From: Octopus sinensis
Lineage: Eukaryota
Assembly (NCBI RefSeq): GCF_006345805.1
Contig: NW_021828227.1
Location: 1-8,456 of the forward strand
DNA: 8,456 bases
Direction: 5' to 3'
The notes below the pieces were generated by a model that saw only the letters and a program-made list of their open reading frames with translations, did no database searches and had not been told where the DNA came from. The position numbers were made by a program, and so were the translations under genes. Below, piece by piece: positions 1 through 8,360 of this stretch. Every line of letters starts with the position of its first letter. Within the stretch, counting starts at the first letter, position 1.

Positions 1-183
1 TTCGTATGTGTATGTGCAGCGATATCCAAATATGTGTTGGATCCATGTATGCAAGTATATCTTAACATATTCACGTTTTTGCATATGAATATTCTTCAAT
101 ATATGCGAGTGAGTGCGTGTACGCCTATGTGCCTTTCCGGTAGTCTTAAATTTTTATTAGGCATACGATGCATATGCATGGGC

Positions 184-184
<1 letters not shown>

Positions 185-225
<41 letters not shown>

Positions 226-407
226 GTGTGGTGTGTTTTTGTGTGTCTATACACACACACGCACACCCACACACAACATATATATATTTATATATATATA
301 TATATCTATATATATATATATACATATACATGTAACATATGTGTATATATATATATATATATTAATACATACATATGTATATACATATATATGTATGCAT
401 ATCAATG

Positions 408-443
<36 letters not shown>

Positions 444-750
444 TGAGTTTACATATATATATATATATATATTATACATATATATATATAATATGTATGT
501 ATATGTAGGTATGTATGTAATATATATATATATATAATATATATACATTCATATGTATGTATACACATATGTCTGTATGTTTATATATACATACACACAC
601 ATATACATATATATATATATACACATACATACGCAGACGCAGTCACACGCACGTAGAAACACATACAAACACATGCATACACACACATACACACACCCAC
701 ACACAGATATATAGATGTATGCCTGCCAGTGCAATTATATATGTATGTGC
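185..750. repeat. Compound (TA)n/(CA)n/(TG)n microsatellite field
   Basis: Pure (TA)n at 185-222, followed by interrupted TA, TATG and CA runs to about 750. This explains the Ile/Tyr-rich ORFs at 34-754. Confidence 0.97.
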
Positions 751-756
751 GTAACG

Positions 757-1850
757 TGCGTTATGTTATAAATTTTGCAGCCATTGACTTTATTGATTAT
801 CGTACAAACATTGGCCAAATATTAAAACGCTGCTGGTTCTGTAGGTTTGGGGAATGTTACTGTTTTATTGTATTCTACTTCTATGTTACTTTTGTCAATT
901 TTAATTTCATAAAGCATATCCTACAATGATGGCGCTGTTCAGTCTGCTGTCCCCTTGGTAGAGAAGATAGTGGCAGACATATTGATGTATTTGCTATTGG
1001 TATATTTCTTCTTCCTTTTTTTTTCCTTTGTGGTCTGTTGTTGCTACTAAGCGTGTGGCCCACATTCATGCTAAAGAAATTATATTGGTCACGTTCTCCG
1101 TCTTAGCAAGTTATATATTGTTGTTTGTGTGTCTAGTTTTGCTAGTGTTTGGTTTGTTGTTATTGTTATTATGGTAGTATGGTTTTCTGTAGATGATAGT
1201 ATTGTTAACTTTTAATGGTATGTTATTAAGTGAGGACTGTATTTGTTAATGTAAATGCAGAGGTGGTATTTGAGGAGTAATATTGCCAGGATTGGAATTG
1301 TTTATGCTGACCGTAATCGTAGTGAAGTTGGTGTCGATAGAAATGACAAGGAATATATAAGGTTGGCAATGGGTATATAGCGTGTTTTATTTCTGCTATC
1401 CCCGTAAACCATAATTTAAACAAAACTATTGTTAAAAATATTTCCCAGCTGAACGTTCCATTTGTTTCTGTGTTTGTAGGATTGGCGATGTTGTGATGTT
1501 GATGCCTTTCGTTCAGTAGTGATTATTTATTTTGCAAATCTGTTTGTTGATTGGATTGTATTGTAGCTTCTGGTCACACTTCACGCAAAGTTATGCTCAC
1601 TTCATTTACTGATTCTTCAAACAGCTTTTGTATGCAGGAATCAGTACCGATTAATAACGTAACACTAACCGTCGGTGCTGTGTACTTCGAAGCATTTTCC
1701 TTTGTTTTGAAAGGTCGCTTCTTTTATTGCTCATGTTTCCCAAACAGCATATGATTATAATCATCACGATATTTATGGTGGTATTTTTGTGATCGGGCAG
1801 AAAAATTTGAATACATTGTAAATAGAAGCATATATTCATCGAAGCTAAAA
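757..1850 (-). pseudogene. Decayed ORF-like block A of unknown origin (possible old TE or viral relic)
   Basis: Strong strand skew (17 G vs 2 C on + at 1141-1200). Minus frame 1849-1226 has 3 internal stops in 208 codons, frame 1386-910 has 4 in 159, and frame 911-757 has 1 in about 52. No recognisable domain motif. Confidence 0.4.
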
Positions 1851-1971
1851 GAGGTGACTTATATAAGCAGCCGAACAAACCGTTTCACTGTTATGCATAT
1901 GCCAATAATAGCCTTGTTGTTTATAGCTACTCAGCTGTCCATAGAGTTTCGGAGAATGATTGAAACGAGGA

Positions 1972-2200
1972 TATTTTTGCCAAATTACCGAATCGCTAAG
2001 TTATAGGGATGTAAATAATCCAACCCCAGTTGTCAAACGCTGATGGGGGACAAAAATGACGCACACAAACACACACACATACATACGATGGGTTTCCTCC
2101 GATTACACTGCACCAAATTCATTCGCAATGCTTTCATTTACCCGAAGGCACAGGAGAAGACAGTTGCCCAAAGTACAATGCAAATGAAACTAAATATGGT
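1972..2200 (-). mobile_element. Old, diverged body fragment of an octopus-type tRNA-derived SINE
   Basis: 2135-2185 (gcaatgctttcatttacccgaaggcacaggagaagacagttgcccaaag) aligns with the younger copy at 5649-5699. 1988-2090 (ccgaatcgctaagttatagggatgtaaa...gttgtcaaacgctgatgggggacaaa + CA repeat) matches the SINE body as I recall it. No intact A/B box remains. Confidence 0.75.
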
Positions 2201-2760
2201 ATTACATGAAACGGAAGCAAATTTCATAGCGTACGAATATCTTCAAACACAACTTTTCTCAAGGGATCGATGTCACAGACATGAAACCGGACTCGCTGAC
2301 GTACGGTGTCAAATATAAGTGGAAGTGAACAACTGAGCATTTAAAAGTTCATTTAAAATCATTACGCTTGTAAGATGAAGCGTAGTTATCATGTTATCGT
2401 ATGACATTCCTACTAATTAAAACTCAGTGCTATATTAGTTTCGTTTGCTAATGGAAACGAAAGGCTCGTTCAAATTCTGAATCGAATGATCGCTGGGATT
2501 GGCTCCGAACCCCAATATTCTGCGTTCAAATTCAACCACAATTTTACTGTTCGTCCAACATTTAGATATCCTTCAATAATATACTAGTCCGCGTGTATAA
2601 CTGAGCAAACTTTATCAGAGGTTTAGCCATGTGGACATACAACATATCTTTCAGAAACTAACGCTTTCAGAAACAGTGGTGCATCATGCTCATGCTTATA
2701 AATTTACACATTCACGAATCTAGGCGTTCCTGTTCATGTGTATATATACCTGAATGCATG

Positions 2761-3075
2761 TACGAGGGTCAGTCAAAGAGTAATGCCATTTGGTTTAGGA
2801 CATGTATAATTACCAACACGGGAACATATGTCATATATCAAAATGAAGCTGGTCCTCTAAGGATCACATCCCTCCTTCTCAAGATAGTCACCGTTTATCT
2901 CAATAAAAATGTCCGCCTTCCAATGAGAGCATGTATCCCTGCACCATAAAATACCGTCGACTGTTATTTGAGCCACTTCTTCAATACAGTTTTCACTTCC
3001 TCATCACTGGAAGAATGTTTGCCTCTCAAACTCTCGCTTATGGGGCCGAAGAGATAGTCTGAAGGCGCAAAATTA
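2761..3075 (-). mobile_element. Mariner (Tc1/mariner, DD34D) transposon 3' fragment with TA target site and one terminal inverted repeat
   Basis: TA at 2761-2762 is followed by the TIR-like CGAGGGTCAGTCAAAGAGTAATGCC. Minus strand 3071-2875 reads FAPSDY-LFGPISESLRGKHSSSDEEVKTVLKKWLK*QSTVFYGAGIHALIGRRTF / IEINGDYLEK, matching the mariner C-terminus (YSPDLAPSDYHLF...LRGKRF...EEVK...W...GI..L..RW...G.Y). One stop (2964-2966) and one frameshift. Confidence 0.92.
2875..3071 (-). pseudogene. Mariner transposase C-terminal remnant
   Basis: APSDY motif carrying the third catalytic Asp at 3068-3054. In-frame TAA at 2964-2966 and a frameshift near 2905. Confidence 0.9.
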
Positions 3076-3106
3076 TTCCACATACACACGTAGGCATATA
3101 GGCATA

Positions 3107-3110
3107 TATA

Positions 3111-3158
<48 letters not shown>

Positions 3159-3192
3159 TATATATATATATATATAATATATATATATATAT
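3107..3192. repeat. (TA)n microsatellite
   Basis: Near-perfect TA run just beyond the truncated end of the mariner fragment. Confidence 0.97.
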
Positions 3193-3327
3193 ACGTAGTA
3201 AACACATAACTGTGAAACAAGGTGGAAAAAAGAGTACTCAAATACCAGTGGTTAGAGTAATAGCTTTATTTTAAGCAGCAGAAAAATTCAACACAAATCT
3301 GTTGAATGTTCTGCTGCTTAAAATAAA

Positions 3328-3328
3328 G

Positions 3329-3359
<31 letters not shown>

Positions 3360-3408
3360 CATGCTACCAATTTACAGCTATATTACCTCTACCTACTATA
3401 TATATATG

Positions 3409-3494
<86 letters not shown>

Positions 3495-3500
3495 TATATA
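3328..3500. repeat. Two (TA)n microsatellites (about 3328-3357 and 3396-3500)
   Basis: Direct inspection. Confidence 0.97.
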
Positions 3501-3756
3501 CGTGTATCTGGACTCGCCGGTCCATCCTCTTTTGCTTCGTCTGGAGGATGAACAATAGTCCAAACCTCATTTCCACTCCTATTCTTCCTTTTGAAACTTC
3601 CGCTCTCCGTCATTCCTCATGTATTCACTGTGGACGTCTAATCGACTTTTGTTCTTTCACCCTGCTTGTTTTATTAATTTTTATTTGCAAATACGCGCGC
3701 GCGTATGTGTGGATGTGTGTGCATGTGCGGCGGTTGTATTGATATATATATATTGA

Positions 3757-4800
3757 TATAGATACGATATTGTATGCGCTGTTTGAGCTAATTTTAGGGT
3801 GATGCTTTATGACTTTGGAAGCGTAGGTATTAAAAACTGTACTGATATTCATTTACAATGAAGCATCGTCCGGTATATATTTTGTGTTTGTACATAAATG
3901 CGCCTCATTCACTAATAGTGTGTTAATTACCATTTCGTACAATATAAAAGTGAATTGGCTGCGCTTCATGAGATTATAATGAGCCCAGAAGTTGTGTAGT
4001 TGCTCCTTCTATGGGATACATCTTCGAATATTCCGCACTTTCGGCCATAAAATATTTATGTGTTTACGTGTTTGTTGCTTTTCTCTTAAAGTATAAGTTT
4101 ATTTCTCAGGAATTGAATTGTATGTACGTGGGAACTTTAACGTTCTCAGTCAGGTGGTGGATAGAGCGTTAGGGAGAAAATCGATCCTTTTGTGTTTCAT
4201 TTCTCATGTTCTTATTATTGTATTCTACTGATGTTGTTGTCGCTTTTAATGGCACTGGAGTAGTTAGCGTGGTAATATTGCCGCATATGTAGTTATAGCG
4301 CTTGTTTTACACTTTTTGCTAATGACGCGTGCATCTGTTGATTCAAGTATGTTACTATCTATGTTTACAGCTATATCTTTGTTGTTTTTTTGCCTGCGTT
4401 ATACTTCAAATCGTTCTTTATAATGTTTTTTTATGTATTGTTGTACATAGGATTGTTGTTAGTATGGAAATGGTGTCGTATGCGTAGGTAGAGCTAATTT
4501 TAAGTTTATTCCTAATGGTGCTTGCAGTTGTCGAATTGTACAGAAACTGATTATGGTTGATGGTATTACTGATTTGGTAACTAACGACGAAAATTTCTTT
4601 TTCTTGATTTCCCTTCTGTCTGTTTTTTTGTTATTTAAAACATATTCTTGAAATATATTTAGAAAAAAAAAACCCTTTAAATTTTTTCGTTGCTTAGTAT
4701 TGGAAATATATTGTTTGTAAATTTGTTGTAGTATTAGAGTTCTTTTATATGATGTACGATTTATTTGGATGTTTTTTATTGATAAGAGCCGTTAAGATGA
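3757..4800 (-). pseudogene. Decayed ORF-like block B of unknown origin, with an internal diverged repeat
   Basis: Same G+T skew on + as block A. 70 stop-free codons at 4630-4421 (QKNRQKGNQEKEIFVVSYQ...NKLKISSTYAYDTISIL...) and further partly open frames down to 3757. 3757-3796 and 4463-4502 are 30/40 identical without gaps. Confidence 0.35.
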
Positions 4801-4830
4801 AGAAGGTTACAATGCTATCTACTACAACAT

Positions 4831-5037
4831 TAATGATGATGATAATGACAGAGCTGAAGAGGCACAGCGAAAATGTCGACGACGATGACGATGATGATGA
4901 TGAGGATGACTATAACGATGACAACGACGGCGACGACGATGAGGATGATGATTATCATGATCATGATCATGATGACAATTATGGCGATGAAAACGACGAC
5001 GACGATGATGATGATGATGATGATAACGACGAAGACA
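4831..5037. repeat. Degenerate (GAT)n/(GAC)n trinucleotide microsatellite
   Basis: gacgacgatgacgatgatgatgat... It produces the poly-Asp, poly-Met/Thr and poly-Ile ORFs in three frames. Confidence 0.95.
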
Positions 5038-5403
5038 AATACGTCAAACGGACTGTAAGAGAGGGGCCAATGGGAATGATGGTGGTACAGAGTTAGGTGG
5101 GCAAGAGTTAGGTGGGAATAATAAACAGGCTTGCCAATTAAGGACACACAATGCACCCAATTATTGATTTCAATTGTAAAGGAACAGACACGGAGAATGT
5201 ACCTATAAGCAGCAAGACCGCCGTTGGACGTATCTCTACATCTACTTTGCACAATGGGAGTTTTATTTCTCGATAGATGGTGCATCGAGGAGAAAGTTGT
5301 CCGTGGACAGAATTTAGACCACAGGAAACGAGTTAACATACATTTAACCTTGATCATACTTCTTAGATCATCTTCCATTTATTCTCCAGAAAATAGCTTT
5401 CTA

Positions 5404-5452
5404 CATCTCTCTCTCTCTCTCTCACACTGCATATTCCGTTATTTTGTCACTT

Positions 5453-5506
<54 letters not shown>

Positions 5507-5592
5507 ATATGTGTGTGTATATATACTCCAAATAAAAGTGTGTGTGTACTATATATAAACATCGCCTCACACACATATATATATATATATAT
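5404..5592. repeat. (CT)n, (TA)n and (TG)n microsatellites
   Basis: (CT)n at about 5405-5422, (TA)n at 5456-5510, then TG/CA/TA runs. Confidence 0.95.
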
Positions 5593-5772
5593 TTTCTTTT
5601 CTCTTTTTCTTGTTTCAGGCATTTGATGGTGCCATCTGGAGCACCGCCACAAAGCTTTGGTCGGCCCGGGGCTATAGCAGAAGACACTTGCCCAGATGCC
5701 ACGCAGTGGGACTGAACCCGGAACCCTGTGGCTGGTAAATAAGCTACTTACCACACAACCACTCCTGCGTCT
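5592..5772 (-). mobile_element. tRNA-derived SINE (octopus type): head and 3' tail present, middle apparently deleted
   Basis: Minus strand reads A-box-like TGGTTGTGTGG (5761-5751), B-box-like GGTTCAGTCC (5718-5709), body gggcaagtgtcttctgctatagccccgggccgaccaaagctttgt, 3' segment ggcggtgctccagatggcaccatcaaatgcctgaaaca, and an A-rich tail agaaaaagagaaagaaaaa (5610-5592). Confidence 0.88.
5709..5761 (-). promoter_or_regulatory. Internal RNA polymerase III type-2 promoter (A box 5761-5751, B box 5718-5709) of the SINE
   Basis: Motifs resemble TRGCNNARYGG and GTTCRANNC with 32 nt between them, typical of tRNA-derived SINE heads. Confidence 0.7.
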
Positions 5773-5777
5773 ATATA

Positions 5778-5831
<54 letters not shown>

Positions 5832-5938
5832 TATATACTGCATTGAACACGAATATGATTCTTCTATTTATCATATATATATACACACACGCACACACGT
5901 GTATATATATATATTATATGTAATATATATTTATTACG

Positions 5939-6003
<65 letters not shown>

Positions 6004-6035
6004 ATGTGTGTATGTATATCTATATCTATATCTTT
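5772..6035. repeat. (TA)n/(CA)n/(TG)n microsatellites
   Basis: TA runs at about 5772-5836 and 5941-5998, with CA/TG between and after. Confidence 0.96.
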
Positions 6036-6154
6036 AAATATATGTGTCTGTGTGTTTGGGTGTATGTTTGTATATTGAAACATACGTATCTGTATATTTA
6101 GAGAGGCACATATTAATGCGTACAAAGAAAAAAGGGGATAGAAAGATGAAGCAA

Positions 6155-6193
6155 TAGAGAGAGGGGGAGAGAGAAAGAGAGAGAGAGAGAGAG
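6155..6193. repeat. (GA)n microsatellite
   Basis: gagagagggggagagagaaagagagagagagagag. Confidence 0.9.
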
Positions 6194-6359
6194 TGGGTTA
6201 GTTGATTATTAAAGGACGAGAGTTAGGTATATAGATATCTGCATAGCCAAATAGGCTGAAGATGTAGAAAAAAATTGAAATTCCTAAATACAAATGTGCG
6301 TTTGTTTCCATGGCAATCGTGCACTCATTACTGTTAGTAGATTTTTGTAATATTACTAT

Positions 6360-6398
6360 AACATATATACATATTATATATGTAATATATAATATATA

Positions 6399-6452
<54 letters not shown>

Positions 6453-6475
6453 ATATAATATGATATATATATATG

Positions 6476-6512
<37 letters not shown>

Positions 6513-6514
6513 TA

Positions 6515-6546
<32 letters not shown>

Positions 6547-7000
6547 ATGTATATATATGTATATATATGTATATGTATAATATGTATATGTATATATGTA
6601 TATATGTATATATGCATATATATGTATATATATGTATATATATGTATATATATGTACATATGTGTATATATGTATATATATATATGTATATATATGTATA
6701 TATATGTATATGTATATATATATGTATATATATATATGTATATATATATGTATATATATATTTATAAACATATCTATATACATATGTATACATACATACA
6801 CACACACATACATATATATATACATAACTATATACATTCATATATGAATATATAGATAGATAGGCATACAGACACACACATATATATGAATACACATAGA
6901 TACGTATATGCATACACATACATATTTTGTATATACTTGTACATAAATACAGATTCATATATATTATGTACATACATATACACACACACAGACACATTTA
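6360..7000. repeat. Large (TA)n to (TATATG/TATATATG)n to (CA/TA)n low-complexity array
   Basis: Pure TA at 6410-6450 and 6480-6545, then TATG-punctuated 6-10 nt units at 6550-6750. This explains all ORFs between 6310 and 6997. Confidence 0.97.
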
Positions 7001-7362
7001 TATTGGGTGATTATACATGCAGAAGCACACACACACTAAACAAAAAAAAACATATTTATATATTCAGCGATTTCATTTGTAAACCTATACGAATGCTTAT
7101 ATATGAATGTATATTTGTTACAGTTTTTTAGCCCTACGAAGGTCAAACTTTGCTACAAAAAAACTATAATCTATCCATGGTATTTCAGTCGTACTTATTC
7201 AATATCTCTCACTGCTTTGATCAACGAATCCATATTCTTTCATGGCTGCAAGTAATGCTTTTAGAAATTCTATATTCTATTTACAGGCAGGTCAAACGAC
7301 CATATACTGGGCTACTCGTTGCCTTGTGCGTAGGAGTATGCTCATATTTTTTACACGAAAAT

Positions 7363-7496
7363 ACATACATACATACATATTATATATATATATATATATA
7401 TATTTTATATATACATTATATATTATATTTATAATATATATATATATATTATATATATATACATAATATATATATATATATTAATATATATATATA

Positions 7497-7566
<70 letters not shown>
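7363..7566. repeat. (TACA)n/(TA)n microsatellite
   Basis: Direct inspection. Confidence 0.96.
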
Positions 7567-8035
7567 GAATATAAGTAGGTAGGTGTGTAGTATTTGCGTG
7601 CGTGTGTGTTTTGTGTGTGTGTGTTCAAATTTATTTTAAAAGATAATATAATGCAAGTTAGAAAAAAATTGCTGTATACCTTGATCGTTAATAATATTAC
7701 CTGGCGTTTCGAACATTACAGGTTTCGCTATTATTCTTCCGAAATTTCTCGACGAAAAGTTCATGAAAACCGCTAACATTTTATATATTTATAATATGTT
7801 AGCTAGTCAGATACATACGTTGTAGGCGTTTGCTGATTCGAGATGCTATAGTCGTGCATTCGCACTATGTGTCAAAAGGGCCATTTGCGTTTCTTTGAAT
7901 CGATTTTCTAACTTTCCTTAATATACATATGATATGAGATATGTCACAATCGCCAAATATTAATTTAAATTTATTTAGATTTTAGAACTATTTTATTTTT
8001 CACTCATCATGTTGTGGTCATGCTAGGGTACTGTT

Positions 8036-8360
8036 TTGTTACGAAAGCTGGATCTTTCGACGTGTATCCGCGTGAACTAGGATATGGATGAATGGCGCCA
8101 GATAATGCGGACAACATCACCGTAATCGGGACTAACGTGAGCGAAAGGACCGCTTAAATTGCTTAGTGTCTGCTTTGGTCCGGACATCTAGGTGGACAAG
8201 TAATGGATGAAGAATGGTACGAGCGGAGTGGTCACTCTCACACAGAAAGAGACTAAGAGAAATATATCTTTGATTGTTCAGGCTGTGGTAGAGTATGCGT
8301 ACATCGCATAAGTCATCCACTATCGAATAAGCGTCGTTACTTGTCCTGCTTGATGCAAAC
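8036..8360 (+). mobile_element. Decayed non-LTR retrotransposon (L1/Tx1-like) reverse transcriptase fragment
   Basis: Reads LLRKLDLSTCI / PRELGYG*MAPDNADNITVI, where NADN (aatgcggacaac, 8104-8115) is two substitutions from YADD. From 8147 it reads GPLKLLSVCFGPDI*VDK*WMKNGTSGVVTLTQKETKRNISLIVQAVVEYAYIA*VIHYRISVVTCP, matching the Tx1-type domain 7/thumb pattern (K.LGV.F...NW......W..R.LSL.GR......I.S...Y). The family match is from memory. Confidence 0.75.

Noticed and set aside
34-754. Ile/Tyr/His/Thr-rich ORFs, including the similar ones at 3038-3742, 5422-6125, 6310-6997 and 7150-7466
   Set aside because: These are translations of (TA)n/(CA)n/(TG)n microsatellites, which lack stop codons in most frames.
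985-1045. NRPQRKKKGRRNI resembling the Penelope-element motif before WFNPP
   Set aside because: The diagnostic (I)WFNPPY/F and the downstream GIY-YIG motifs are absent, and the basic run comes from a poly-A tract.
1635-1670. TLLIGTDS resembling the GDS motif of SGNH esterases found in some LINE ORF1 proteins
   Set aside because: A single imperfect motif with no supporting downstream blocks is not enough to assign a domain.
3523-3550. Hairpin CATCCTC-N14-GAGGATG
   Set aside because: A 7 bp stem is expected by chance in 8 kb, and there is no terminator or ncRNA context.
4749-5378. Poly-Asp ORF (4749-5096, +) and the 182 aa minus-strand ORF (4830-5378)
   Set aside because: Openness is explained by the stop-free GAT/GAC repeat, which is open in several frames at once. 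The flanks show no recognisable domain.
7690-7900. CpG-rich stretch that could be a MITE or transposon end
   Set aside because: I found no terminal inverted repeat pair, target-site duplication or coding motif.
8260-8325. Zinc-knuckle-like FDCSGCGRVCVHRISH resembling the C-terminus of RTE LINEs
   Set aside because: The overlapping frame gives a much longer, coherent Tx1/L1 RT-thumb match, so this looks like an off-frame coincidence.
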